A program made the translations under genes and the position numbers. Source: Octopus vulgaris (lineage: Eukaryota). Taken from it: a stretch of 64,000 bases of DNA. The notes below the pieces were generated by a model. It was not told the origin of the DNA. It ran no database searches and saw nothing but the letters and a program-made list of their open reading frames with translations. The DNA lies in assembly GCA_951406725.2 (NCBI GenBank), contig OX597822.1:50840001-50904000 (forward strand). The letters are read 5' to 3'. Below are positions 13,421 to 26,650 of this stretch, piece by piece. Within the stretch, counting starts at the first letter, position 1, and each line of letters opens with the position of its first letter.

Positions 13421-14219
13421 TCATTATGATATTAATACTAGCATAAATTTTATTATACAAATCTGCTGAGAGATAAGAAGAAAGGAAATGATTGCTGGAT
13501 CCCTTGTGGGCTTTTGAATAGACACTTCCATGCAAGAACTGGTCTCTTTAGTCAGAGGTATAAACACGGACAGAGGGGAAGGAGCGGTCAATAAGAGGCC
13601 AAATAAATTATCGGAGACACGATAAAACGCCACCTCCGTCGACTTCTAGATACTAGCAAACACTTCTGCTTTGACAGTTGCTATATAGATTTATTCATTG
13701 CTAAGAACTGAACTCCCCTAGGAATTAGCTGTATGGAAATATCCGAATGAAAATATTTACACAATTCCCCTCTCAATTTACTCAATTCCCTACATATTAT
13801 ATAGTAAACCATTTGAAAAACTACAGAATTATATTGAGAACATTATCTATATTATCTTACGTAACGTGAAATATGGTGATAGCGTTTAAACAATTATTAA
13901 ATCATATGACCCGAAGAAGGTCTTTGCGAATTTCAATAATTAGTTAGTAGGTACGTAGAAATACACTGATGACCGAGCACGTGGTGTCTCTTTTGCAGAA
14001 GTGCTTGTATTTTGAGTCAACATATTTGTCTAGGCGATGGAAAACTGACGCAAACGTCACCACGGCCAGATTAGAGATGTCTGGTGATTTAGTCAACTGT
14101 TGAACGTCAGTCAAAACATATTTAGTGCGTAAAGTCCGGCATTTGCAAAGTCTTGGTGGTTAGATTACGAAGTATCAAAATCGGTAAGTTATGTTTATGT
14201 ATCAGATTGTTTAGCATCA

Positions 14220-15000
14220 TACCGGGGCTTTCCGAAAATCCGCCCATCCATTAGATCGTCGATGGGTGCTTATTTGGATGGGCGGTTATTTGTGGTTAAA
14301 AATTGAAACAGGGTCTGTGTTCTTGTTTGCATTCAGTTTAGACGTTCATTTGCTCTACATCCGCGGATAAATTCAAAGGATTTTTCTTCTCAGTAATGAA
14401 GTCGAAGGAAAATATGTCAAAACGTATTCAACGATCATATACTATTAATGAAAAATTGAGTGCTATTAAATGAGTGAAAGTACATTTTGGCAATTTGTCA
14501 GTTGCATCAAGGTACTTAGGTATTGATAGAAAACAATTGAGAGAATGGTGCACAAAATGAACTGAATTAATCAATATGTCAAACAAGAGGAAGCGCAGAT
14601 CAATTGTTGGATGTAGAGGACCAACACATAGAGATCTACAAAGTGAGCTCTTACAGTGGATTGATACTCAGCGTGCGAACAATATAATTATAAATGATCG
14701 TCGTGTACGGGAATATACTTTTGAATTGAAATGAAGAACTTTAGATGTTCTGATGAAACAAAATAAACTGACTTTGAGAAAGATTACATATGTTGGGCAA
14801 GCAAACAATAAAACACTTGGAGAAAAGGCACAAATCGCAAGTGACTATCTGGATAGCATTCCAGTATTAACAGCAGATAAGAATGCTGACCAGATTTATA
14901 ATATGGATGAAAAGCCTGTATTCGTTGACATGTGTTCAACAACCATGAATTTTTGTTGGCAATAAAAATGTATTTCTAGCCACCTACCATATATCTAGAC
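14220..15000 (+). mobile_element. pogo-family (Tc1/mariner superfamily) transposon relic
   Basis: From ATG 14414: RSYTINEKLSAIK...LGIDRKQLREW (Brinker/Psq-like HTH), ELLQWIDTQRANN (CENP-B HTH), QIYNMDEKPV (first DDE Asp); in-frame stops; subterminal inverted motif ccgcccatcca/tggatgggcgg. Confidence 0.8.
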
Positions 15001-16212
15001 ATCTACCATATATTCTTGTTCCTTGTTTAATTCTGATATATTGTTCCGTAATCCTGCCACATTAAAGTGTTATAGGAAACAACTAACTTATCTTACTTAC
15101 CATAACAGTAACTTTCATTTTCCATAGTCATGCAACACTCTAGAAAAAATTTAATTCTCTGCATACTGTGTACATCTCTGCAAATCATTTGAAATCCTTA
15201 GATTACTACTTTTTGGTGAACTTGAAAAAGTAATGCAAGCAAAAGTGCACAAGCTTATTTGTAAGGTATGTGTAGATGCGTCATATACATGTCCTGATGC
15301 CTTGATATCTATCTAAAAATTGTCTATGCTTCTTTCGATGCCTTTTTATTGGTTAAGTACAAATATGGAAGGTGGGAATCTTTGTATGTAGTAGGGATCG
15401 AGCAAAAACTGCTTCCGTGCAAACCTTTGAACAATAGCTGTTAGAATAATTCCGGTTAATTTTGCGGAGACTAATGGTCCTTAGGGCAGTTATATACCTT
15501 TTGCTACCATGTCCCAGATGATCTGCTAAGTTGACTACTGATGGTTGATGTAGCTCTGTCAAATCAAGCACAAAAGGCCCATTATTTGTAATATTTCATC
15601 CTGCCTGATATCATATTAAGTAATTTCACGATATGATCGTTACGTTCCTTGCCAGAAGCAAAGTTAACCGTGAGAGTAATTGATAGTTGAATTGAAAGAC
15701 ACCAATTAACAATTATAGAAATTAGATGGACATGATGAAAGCAAGTATGTGCACGGAAAACATATCTTTAGACAAATTTGTAAATTGTAAATGAAGATGT
15801 GAATAAAAAACAATTTAAATTAGTTCAACTTTATTTTTACAAAGAAATCGTTCAGTAAAGACAGTAGTGAGGGATTGCTAAGCATAAGTATCATTAATCT
15901 CCCAGTATTTTAATAAGGATGACCTACCTAATATTAGTTATATCTCATACTCTAACGTACCCACTCAGCCAAGTGGTTCGTAATTACTCTGTCCATTTCT
16001 TCTCTCTTTATTAGTCTCTACCCTACCTACCCATCCATCCACCTATTTATTCGAATATCTATCTAGCTTCCTAGCTCGCTATCTACACATATATACATAT
16101 TTGTTATAGATAGAGAGATAGATACATGCATATATATTCATATGTATGTGTACATGTACCCCATCGTGTATATATATATATGTATATATATAGATATATA
16201 CACACACACACG

Positions 16213-16268
<56 letters not shown>

Positions 16269-16944
16269 AACTTTATATATGCGTAATTGAATATATGTGT
16301 GTGGGTGTTTGTGTTTCCGTGTGCGAGTATGTACGTGTTTGTTTGTGTCTGCGCGCGACCGTGTGTTATATGATTATGAGTGCTTAAAATATAGTAGAAT
16401 GTTATGTATGAAAAAGCATGTGAGGTTCGGTTCCCTTTATGTCCACGAGAATTGCTTAGAGATGAGTAAACAATAAATCTCAGAGCATGAAGTGTAGTTT
16501 TCTTAACTCAAAAAATGAAGTCTTTAAGTTTACATTTCAATGAGAATTTCATTTTCCATCTGTAAATGTAATTAACAATAAATTTACAAACACATAAATA
16601 AATTAATCACTTCCGAACGTTGCCATTTTATAAAAATGTTTTTCTTTATGAATATTTTTGGGAGATTGGAAATCATGAATATGTAATTTTAATATGATAC
16701 TTATGCATACCAGATATATTTTAGACAATGTATATCATTTAAAAATTTAATCATTTCTCGTATTTACTAGAATTATTTATTAATATAAATTCCATTATAT
16801 AAAGATTACTCAAATCAAACCTTTCCCTTACAATCTATTAATGCTATATCTATACCATAATAAAGTAAGCTGCTTACAAATTTCTTATGAGTATGGAACT
16901 TTTACTGGAGTCTATAATAATTCACACATTCTACTTTTATCTTT

Positions 16945-17130
16945 TATATTTTACTTGTTTCAGAAATTAAACTGTAGCCATGCTGGGCCACTGCCTAAAA
17001 AGTTTTAGTCAAATGAATCGACCCATTACATATTTTCTCTTATTTTATAAGGCCTAATTTTAAATTCTATCTTTCTTTTTGGCTGAACGGCTAAGATACA
17101 GGAGCGTAAACATATCAACAGCAGTTGATG
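16945..17130 (-). mobile_element. 3' part of CORE-type SINE
   Basis: Minus strand aggcagtggcccagcatggctacagtt...tgaaacaagtaaaa tail as in the 10.4-kb copy. Confidence 0.6.
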
Positions 17131-17821
17131 CACAGGCACAACGACACATGCCCAAATACATTCACACATACGTTAAAACATACACGACCTCGATGAGAAA
17201 CAAACTTCTTACCACACGGTCACGTGTTTTTATTTAAATTCTTTTGTAATCGATAATTTCAACTAGACGCTTGAATCAGAAAACTAATTTCCTTCATTGC
17301 GAAAAAATTAGCATATTTTAATGACATATTTTTCTACTCCTGTTATTCTTTCTATTTTATTATCCTTATAGATTTTTTTCTCTCCTACTCTTAGCATCAT
17401 TTTTTTTTCTTTTCAGTATCTTTGTACTTTCCGTCTTTCATGTTTGTCTCCGTCACAAACTGCCTTTATATCAGTTCGACTGTTATTTCATGTAGTGATA
17501 TTTCATTGTTTGGTGACGTACTGATGCCATTTAAGATATTGATTGCTATAAAATAAAATTATATACACAACAGCGCTGTTCATTTCCCTATTCGAATACT
17601 TTAATTCAGCATGACTCGCCCCACCCGACAAAAGTATACGAATAAAACAACACTTGGCAGCAATGGCAAAAGGCACATAAAACCAGGGTAAAAAAAACTG
17701 GAAGAAATATTCATTAGTTTTTCCCTGGCTTTCTCAGACTCAGGACACTCACGAATGTAATCCTTACCTATAGGTATCTGTAACTATGCTTGTGTCTGAG
17801 TGCAAACGCATTTATCCATGA

Positions 17822-17873
<52 letters not shown>

Positions 17874-17874
17874 G

Positions 17875-17925
<51 letters not shown>

Positions 17926-17962
17926 GTATATATATATATGTATGTATATGTATATATGTATG

Positions 17963-18004
<42 letters not shown>

Positions 18005-18546
18005 TATATATTATAGCTTGCAAGTTGCCACATAATATTCAGCTTTATTTATTAGGCTATACACAGAATTCATGAACACAAATATATCTAAATATCTTCA
18101 ATTCATATACAGCTTACATTTGAATGATACATACATCATTAAGACGCTGTACTTATTACCGATATCGATTAGTATATTTTATGTGATAGAGACTTTTCAG
18201 AATACTAAGTGAGATTTAGGCATTAATGGCTATTGTTTTTGTAAGTTAATAGCAATAACTGTGTAGGACAGTATATACTAATCGATTAAGAGGTTGTTCT
18301 TTAGCGACATATACCTTGAGGCCTGGTATTTCTGAATGGAATTTGCTGATATAAAGTTCTAATGTATAAGTGTTCTTGGAAAATCTGTCTTGCATATTGT
18401 TCGGTAAAGTTCTGTATACATCCGGTCGAGATGTGCTTAACACTTAGCATTGCAACTCTGACCTGTGAAGTGAAGTGCATGCATTTATGTATGTGTACAT
18501 GTGCATACATACATATATACATATATAAAACATACATACATAAAGT

Positions 18547-18584
<38 letters not shown>

Positions 18585-18747
18585 GTTATCACCATACTAA
18601 TATGGCATTCTTATAAAAATAAGAATAAAGCTGTCCGCTTATTAGCTCCATGAGGCCATCGCCTTAAGTTAGCTATTTGATACACAAACTGTATCCATAT
18701 AACCTTCGAACAAGGGAGGTCAGTCGCTCCACACTATTTGACCGGCA

Positions 18748-18789
18748 GCTACAGACGCGTTTCGGGGTATTGCCCCTTTTCAATGCAGC
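18748..18789 (-). ncRNA. Minimal type I hammerhead ribozyme, U3-A8 core variant
   Basis: gctgca-TTGAAAA-gggg caata cccc-GAAAC gc GTC-tgtagc. Confidence 0.75.
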
Positions 18790-19131
18790 GTAGCCAGCCA
18801 GTAGGTGTCGCTTCCGACAATCTCTGTTCGATGGTTTTATTTACCTAGTTTCGGTGGAATACATCCACTTGTTTTCAATAATAGAAATATTAAAATTACT
18901 AAGTCTCTCTAAAAGAGAACAGCGGCAGCGTTCCCGGAAAATAATAGTTATCGCCATACTAATATGGCATTCTTATAAAAATAAGAATAAAGCTGTCCGC
19001 TTATTAGCTCCATGAGACTTAGTAATTTTAATATTTCTATTATTGAAAACAAGTGGATGTATTCCACCGAAACTAGGTAAATAAAACCATCGAACAGAGA
19101 TTGTCGGAAGCGACACCTACTGGCTGGCTAC

Positions 19132-19173
19132 GCTGCATTGAAAAGGGGCAATACCCCGAAACGCGTATGTAGC
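19132..19173 (+). ncRNA. Minimal type I hammerhead ribozyme, U3-A8 core variant
   Basis: gctgca-TTGAAAA-gggg caata cccc-GAAAC gc GTA-tgtagc. Confidence 0.75.
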
Positions 19174-19404
19174 TGCCGGTCAAGTAGTGTGGAGCGACTG
19201 GCCTCCCTTGTTCGAAGGTTATATGGATACAGTTTGTGTATCAAATAGCTAACTTAAGGCGATGGCCTCATGGAGCTAATAAGCGGACAGCTTTATTCTT
19301 ATTTTTATAAGAATGCCATATTAGTATGGCGATAACTATTATTTTCCGGGAACGCTGCCGCTGTTCTCTTTTAGAGAGACTTAGTAATTTTAATATTTCT
19401 ATTA

Positions 19405-19513
<109 letters not shown>

Positions 19514-19997
19514 GGTAAAAAGGAGCACACGAGTTGATATATATGAAAAAACAAGTCAAGATAGAAAATGCTAAAATAATTTTATAAAGAACATTTCAGT
19601 ATCGGTTTCGGTCATTTTGAGACCTTTTCAACTGTAACGATTAAATAATTAAATTTAGAAAAATTAAAAGAAAAGTTTTTTTAAAGGAATATTTGTATAG
19701 TGTTCAAATATAAGTGGCATTTTTCTTGTTTCTGCCTTTCTCTGTCTCTTTTGTTTGCACTTGTGTGTTCGAGGTCGTTGTGAATTCTTGGTAGGGTAGA
19801 AGAAGAAGAAGGATGATGAGGAGAAGGGGTGGAAAAATTCGGGAGTGCCTTGATTGTCGTATTTTGAATGGTCAGTGGCGGCTAGATGTTGCAGTTCAAT
19901 TCAGGAGAATATTTCTATTCAAAGGTTTGTTTATAGAATTTGCGTAGGTGTTATACTAAAAAGCATTAGTGATAAAGTTAAGAATTAGAAGGTGGAG

Positions 19998-20240
19998 CAG
20001 AAGAAGAAGAAGAAGAAGAAGAAGAAGAAGAAGAAGAAGAAGAAGAAGATGATGATGATGATGACGACGATGTTGATGATGATGATGAAGAAGAAGAAGA
20101 AGAAGAAGACGAAGAAGAAGAAGAAGAAGAAGAAGAAGAAGAAGAAGAAGAAGAAGAAGAAGAAGATGATGATGGTGGTGATGACGACGATGATGATGAT
20201 AATGATGATGATGAAGAAGAGGAAGAAGAAGAAGAAAGAG
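19998..20240. repeat. Compound (AAG)n/(ATG)n microsatellite within the PLE 3'UTR
   Basis: Direct reading; explains the poly-K/M and poly-L/H ORFs. Confidence 0.95.
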
Positions 20241-20419
20241 AAGGGAGAATATGAATGAGTGGAAGTAGTGAGGTGTTGTATGACTTGAAGTTGGCACGTT
20301 ATGGATTATAGCTGTGATTGGGGCTGATTTGTAATGGATTCTTTGGAAAAATAATATTTGCGTGTGTATTTGTGTTATTCTAATGCTGAGGTATATAAAT
20401 CGTTTGTCGTAGACCCGTT

Positions 20420-21671
20420 AAGAAGTGGCCTGTATTTTGTAATAAAGAGAGTTTCTTTACTTATTCGTTGTCTCGAGGTTGTATCGTCCCTGAATTGGTA
20501 GAGGGGGGAAATCCTTAAGCCTGGTGTTTTGTTGTTGGCGCAAGTATCTATGTGTTGGCTGAAAGCTATTTTTTCTGTTTTGGGGAATTTTTATCTGGGA
20601 TCTGTGCAGGGCCATTCTTTTACGCAAACTATTTTTTGTTTGGCCTATGTACTGCTCTTGACACCCAGAGCAGGTTAGTGTGTATATCAGGTTCTCCGAA
20701 GCACATGTGAAGTTGCTTTTCACTGTAAACCGTTGTCCCTGTTTGATGGAGAACTCTGATCTCTCGATTAGATAATCGCATATCCCGCAATTGGGTCTTC
20801 CACATTTTTTTACTGTTGGCTTCTGTGTTCAAGAGTGTATTCGGGCTTGTGTTAGGAGACTTTTCATAGATTTAGGCTGTCTCTTGCTTTTTATGATCGT
20901 ATGTGTTTGGAGTATTATGTTCATTCTGTGGTCTTTTTTAGGAGGGTTATGTTTATGAGGATGGTGCCGAAGGCTCCATTGTTGAGAGGATTGTGTGTTG
21001 AGATGTATGGTAAGGCTTTTGGTCGTAAATTTGTCTTTGATTTGGGATGTCTCAGTTCCTGGATGTTAAGTTGAAGGGCACGTTGTATGCATATGTCAAT
21101 AAGTGAAGGTGGATAGTTCCTGGTGATGAGGGTATCTTTTATTTCTTGTAGTCGTGTGTCTCTGGTGTTAGCATTAGAAACTATAGTACATATCAGTTTT
21201 GCTAGATTGAATGTGATATTCATTCTGGTGTGTCTGGGGTGGCATGAATTGAATTCTTTGAGTTTCTCTATATTTTCATGCCAAAGAATGAAACAGTTAT
21301 CTAGAAATCTCTTCCAGTTGTTTTCTATGTAGATGGAGAAAGGGCTGCCATATCTTTCTACGATACAGACTGATTTCTAGATATCCTATGACTAGGTTGG
21401 CAAAGGAGGGAGCCATTCGTGTACCCATCGCAGTCCCCGATTTTTGTCGGTAGAAGTTGTCTTTGAAGGCGAAGAAGTTATTTTCCAGGATGATTTTAAC
21501 CCCTTCTATTACGAATTCTTTTTTGATGCGATGTGGGAGTTCGTTGGCGTAATTCTCTAGCCAGAATTGAATTGCCTCTATTCCTAGGTTGTGGGGGATA
21601 TTGGAGTAGAGGTTGACTACACCGAAGGATACCTGTAGGGTGTTTTTGTTTATAGTATTCGGTAGGTGCAA
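20420..21671 (-). pseudogene. Disrupted PLE RT + Cys linker + GIY-YIG endonuclease
   Basis: VVNLYSNIPH, YRQKSGTAMGTRMAPSFANL, WKRFLDN (catalytic DD changed to DN), KCGRPNCGIC linker, NLIYTLTCSGCQEQYIGQT; frameshifts and an internal deletion. Confidence 0.88.
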
Positions 21672-21791
21672 ACAAGAGAGACAGAGAAATGCAGAAACAA
21701 GGAAAACGCCACTTATATTTGAACACTATACAAATATTCCTTTAAAAGAACTTTTCTTTTAATTTTTCTAAATTTAATTATTTAATCGTTA

Positions 21792-21829
21792 CAGTTGAAA
21801 AGGTCTCAAAATGTCCGAAACCGGTACTG
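21792..21829 (+). ncRNA. Minimal type I hammerhead, U3-A8 variant, in Neptune pLTR (second copy on minus strand 19597-19634)
   Basis: cag-TTGAAAA-ggtc tcaaaat g(a/t)cc-GAAAC cg GTA-ctg; palindromic stem III ACCGGT. Confidence 0.7.
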
Positions 21830-21902
21830 AAATGTTCTTTATAAAATTATTTTAGCATTTTCTATCTTGGCTTGTTTTTTCATATATATATATATATATA
21901 TA

Positions 21903-23387
21903 CTAGCAGTATCGCCCGGCGTTGCTCGGGTTGTAAGGGAAATAACTATATAAGCATTTTTAGAGAGTTATAGCCAAAAAGTAGCAAAAAAATGCATTAA
22001 AAATTGAAAAAAAATTAAGGTAAATTTTTCTTTAAATCGTTGACACATCGTAGATATTTTTAGAGAGTTACTTCCCTTATATAAAAGCGAAAAAATGCAT
22101 TAAAATGGAAAAATATGATGGTAATTTTTTTTTAAATCGTAGACTCATCGTAGACGCGCGCTAATACCCAGAAGGGCTCGTTTGTTATTCTGGGTAACTT
22201 TCTGTAAAATTATTAAAATTTTGTTCAAACATCGCTATAGAAAATGGGTTATTAGCTAATATTCAATTGGGTGTACAACAAAATTTTACGATAGAATTTG
22301 TTATTCTGGGTAACTTTCTGTAAAATTATTAAAATTTTGTTCAAACATCGCTATAGAAAATGGGTTATTAGCTAATATTCAATTGGGTATACAACAAAAT
22401 TTTACAATAGAATTTGTTATTCTGGGTAACTTTCTGTAAAATTATTAAAATTTTGTTCAAACATCGCTATAGAAAATGGGTTATTAGCTAATATTCAATT
22501 GGGTATACAACAAAATTTTACGATAGAATTTGTTATTCTGGGTAACTTTCTGTAAAATTATTAAAATTTTGTTCAAACATCGCTATAGAAAATGGGTTAT
22601 TAGCTAATATTCAATTGGGTATACAACAAAATTTTACAATAGAATTTGTTATTCTGGGTAACTTTCTGTAAAATTATTAAAATTTTGTTCAAACATCGCT
22701 ATAGAAAATGGGTTATTAGCTAATATTCAATTGGGTATACAACAAAATTTTACGATAGAATTTGTTATTCTGGGTAACTTTCTGATACCCATAATAATAT
22801 TTATGGCAAAATAGGCCTTAATTTCATTTAAGATTGTGGGAAATAACAAACTATCCTTTCTTTCGGTTTGTTTACGTTTAGCGTAATGATTTCAAATAGG
22901 CTCATTCGAAAAAGTAAATAGAAATAGTCTAAGGCTTTACTCTTCTGGGAAAGTCAGTGGCTTGGTCCAGTTTCTTCAGAAAACTCACCGAAAGAAACAG
23001 TTTTTAAATTTTCACTCCATTCAGGTACCAATTCGTTTTCTTTATCGCTGTCGGATTCACTGTTTTCACTTTAATAGCTGCCAACTTGCAAAACAAAGGA
23101 GGAGAAGGGTGATAGCGTCAGTGAAACAATTCGCTCCCTTTGTGTGTGTGTGCGTTTGCGTGTGGTGTAAACCAGACTAAGAAAAACATTTGACACGCAC
23201 ACCAGAATGTGAGTTTTCTGTAAATTTTGCTTAATTGGAGTTTAAATTTTAAAAACTGGACCTGGCATGACGCGATGCATTGTACTCTTAAAATTGCTAG
23301 GTAAATTGTAATTGAAGAAATCCTATATTGTAGATTTGTATAACTCCCAAAGGGAGGCAGATAAAATCTGCCTTTTATAATAAGAGA
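21903..23387 (-). mobile_element. Complete non-autonomous Helitron (1485 bp)
   Basis: Minus strand starts A|TCTCTTATTATAAAAGG and ends CCCGAGCAACGCCGGG hairpin ... CTAG|T; inserted between A and T with no TSD. Confidence 0.88.
22181..22784. repeat. Tandem array, 116-bp unit x ~5.2, inside the Helitron
   Basis: tttgttattctgggtaactttctg recurs at 22181, 22297, 22413, 22529, 22645, 22761. Confidence 0.97.
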
Positions 23388-23399
23388 TATATATATATA

Positions 23400-23432
<33 letters not shown>

Positions 23433-24489
23433 TTTATGTATGTATGTTGTGAAAATGTGTTGCTGAAAATGCACTTAAATTCCAAAACCTCGTAAAGGTT
23501 TAAAATACATTTATTTACATATATACCAAACTAGTTTGAACAAATTTTTTTGTTTATCAATGGTAACAGTGTAAAATTCGAAAAACATCGTTATAAGTTT
23601 CAATGTTGACAAATCAAAATGTTTCAATGTTGTTAAATTAAATGTTTCAAAGTCGATAAATTATCATGTTCAAAACAGAAGGTGTAAGTTTGAAATTTAA
23701 ACTGTATATTGATTTGTTAGAATGTACAAGGTTCATGAATTTCAGTGGTGGTCGACAAGTCATACTGAAACAAAAACTGTGAGAATTGAAATAGTAAAAA
23801 AGGGGGAAATTACGGTTTCTCAGATCTTTAAACAGTCGAAGCGACTGTTTAAAGAAACACCCGGAATGATATAACTTTATAAAATTCAAAATTGTCTTTG
23901 CTTAAAGATGATATATATGGCGCAAGATTTCCTGTATTGCATTATTTTTGCACTGATCAGAATTTAAATTTACATTCTATCGTAGGAGAAATTTAACAAT
24001 TTGTTTCATTATGAGCAAAGTTGCTTCAATGAAATCATGACTACTTCAAGCAAGTTTGTATTGATGCTCGTAACACTTCATAGATAGACATTGAAAAAAA
24101 AAACTTAGCCAGAGAATATATTATTATGACAGCTGTACATGTAGCTTTCAAAATACTTGAGATCACTGACCATTGATATATAAAATTCCCTATCAGGAGA
24201 TGGAGTCGCAACTATTGTCAATCAACAACTTTTCAGGAGACGTCTATAAATTGGAAAATAAGAATCATTTTTGTTATTTGCAGCACATCGATACCGAGTT
24301 TTGTCTTACTACCTTACTAATGTTTTTATCTTTATTACCAATTGTGTTGCAGCGGAAAGGGCATCACTTGTTCTTAATTTAAAACAATGGACAGGCCGAT
24401 ATGAGTTCGATGTATTTTGTTGTTAAGTTTTCATTATTTGGTTTAGCCATAATCTTACATCTGTATCAAGCAATTCGACTTTCTTATTC

Positions 24490-24660
24490 TATGCACCTTT
24501 ACATCCACCCCAGTGATTCAATGGTTTGTATTTTATCGAGGGCGAAACGGTGAAAGACAAAATTGATCTTGGCGAAAGTTGAACTCACAAAGTGCAGAGG
24601 CACGAAATACCGCTAAGCAGTTTTTCTTGGCGTGTAATGATTCTGCCAGCTTGCCGACTT
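24490..24660 (-). mobile_element. Meta-domain SINE (degraded)
   Basis: Minus strand ggcaagctggcagaatc...gcttagcggtatttcg...gagttcaac. Confidence 0.65.
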
Positions 24661-25291
24661 TTAATAACAAAAAACATGGAGAGAATGCTTTATAGAAAGT
24701 ATGAAACATTGGAATACTAAACTGATCGGATAGAAACAAAAAACTCCGAAAAATGAACATCACACGTGGAATAGCCATTATCTCCATTATTTGTATTGGT
24801 CATCAGAAATACTTCGATACAGTAACTGACCAACAGAAAATTTGTAACCAACAACGGTCGAATTTCTAGAAGATAACTAAATTAGGAAATGACATCACTC
24901 AGGACATAGACAAAGACTTAATGCCGCGATCTGAGCTTTGTAACACCGTATTCATAATTACAAATTTCCCTCAATTTTTGTCAGTTGAAAATAGAGTCGT
25001 TGTCAATTTCAGGAGTTAACTAGATTCTTAACACATAATTTTATAAAATAGATGCATTATAACAGGGAAAATCAATAATATATAACTCATTAGAATTAAG
25101 TGACATCGTAGCGAAACGACAGCGTAGTACATCACTTTTGATATTGTGAGCTGTTTCCAGTTAAATATAATTCAATAGGTTCATTTAGTACGAGACGAAA
25201 AGCATTCGTCTAGCACAAAGCAATTACTGGCTCCTATGACAAGACGTATACATTATTAAGTAAGATGAAGAGCAACACGCACAGTAAGAAA

Positions 25292-25376
25292 ATGATGTTG
25301 ATGATGATGCTGATGATGCTGATGATGATGGTGGTGGTGGTGGTGGTGGTGGTGGTGGTGGTGGTGATGATGATGT

Positions 25377-25426
<50 letters not shown>
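25292..25426. repeat. (GAT)n/(GGT)n microsatellite
   Basis: Direct reading. Confidence 0.95.
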
Positions 25427-25427
<1 letters not shown>

Positions 25428-25466
25428 CCACAGCAACAACGTAAACTGGACATTTGTTAAAGTTTC

Positions 25467-25660
25467 CGAGCTGGCAGAATCGTTAACACGTCGGAGAAAA
25501 TGTTTGGCGGCATTTCATCTAACTTTTCATTTTGAGTTCGAATTCAATCGGGCTTTGCTTTTCTTGCTTTCAAGATCGATGAAATACATTGTAGTCGAGC
25601 ACTCGGGTCGATGTAATTGTCTGGCCCTTCACCCCTAATTTTCTGGCCTTGTGCCCATGG
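25467..25660 (+). mobile_element. Meta-domain SINE
   Basis: gagctggcagaatcgttaacacg...gagttcgaattc...gggtcgatgtaattg...ggccttgtgcc. Confidence 0.7.
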
Positions 25661-25667
25661 TAGACGG

Positions 25668-26170
25668 GATTATTATCATTATTTTTCTTTGGTTCAGGTT
25701 TGGTCGTATTCCTGGTAGGATTTATTTAGGTAGCAGGTCACTACCTGTAAATCCACATGTTTTCAGCAGTCTTGCAAGAACTCTCCTAATAATCCTTGTT
25801 GACCATAAGAGACACACTTTCTGCGGGAGATGTACTGAATATTCTATGTCAATCTCACACAGCCACTTCTCTATAACTTGACTCACTGTTCCAAACACAC
25901 CAATTACCATTGGCACGATCTTTAGTGTTCTCATGCTCCAAACTCTTCCTTTATCAAATTTTGAGGGATCGTATTCTTTTTACTTTTCTGCCTCTTTCTT
26001 TACGATCTTAGACTTAAATGCTCCTGATGGTTCGATAAGTAGGCAACTTCACTTATCAATTATTATCTCCGGTTTATTATTTTACAACTTCTTGTCCGTT
26101 TGAATAGGAAAGTTCCACAAAATCTTACACTTCTCCGACTGTAGGACTCTTTTCATTCGATGAACTTAAC
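25668..26170 (-). mobile_element. 3' fragment of an R4/Dong-type (restriction-like endonuclease) non-LTR element
   Basis: KILWNFPIQTDK..KPEIII, IVPMVIGVFGTV, QKVCLLWSTRIIRRVL; ends in AAT-type repeats. Confidence 0.75.
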
Positions 26171-26420
26171 AAGTGTTTCCAGTTTCAAAATCTCCATTCA
26201 ACATCCTTAAACAATCCTTATTCAGGGGACTTCTAACTGGGTCCCGCCTGCAAGGTCATGTGCTATTTATCTTGATATGAGATCACCATGCCGCGCACTT
26301 ATGGTTGTGGTGCAGTTGCCTAGTATACCCTTATCAGATAGGTAATCATGGTGGGTATACTTGGCTTCGTATACTTTACCCCAGTGTCACTTTGATGGCA
26401 TGCACTGCTCTCTCCCTCAT

Positions 26421-26479
26421 TAATAATAATAATGATAATAATAATAATAATAATACTAATACTAATACTAATACTAATG

Positions 26480-26543
<64 letters not shown>

Positions 26544-26601
26544 TAATAATAATAATAATAATCTATATAATAATGATAATAATAATAATAATAATAATCT
26601 A

Positions 26602-26640
<39 letters not shown>

Positions 26641-26650
26641 TATAATAATA
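26421..26650. repeat. (AAT)n microsatellite
   Basis: Direct reading; source of the poly-N/poly-Y ORFs. Confidence 0.95.

Noticed and set aside
16079-18075. Many YIYIYI / VCVC / THTH ORFs here and throughout the window
   Set aside because: Translations of (TA)n, (TG)n and (CA)n microsatellites
19956-20297. Poly-His/Leu and poly-Lys/Met ORFs (similar at 25224-25453, 26305-26724, 63321-63623)
   Set aside because: Trinucleotide repeats; no coding evidence
22181-22784. Regular repeat array resembling CRISPR
   Set aside because: Contiguous near-identical 116-bp units with no unique spacers, no cas genes, eukaryotic context
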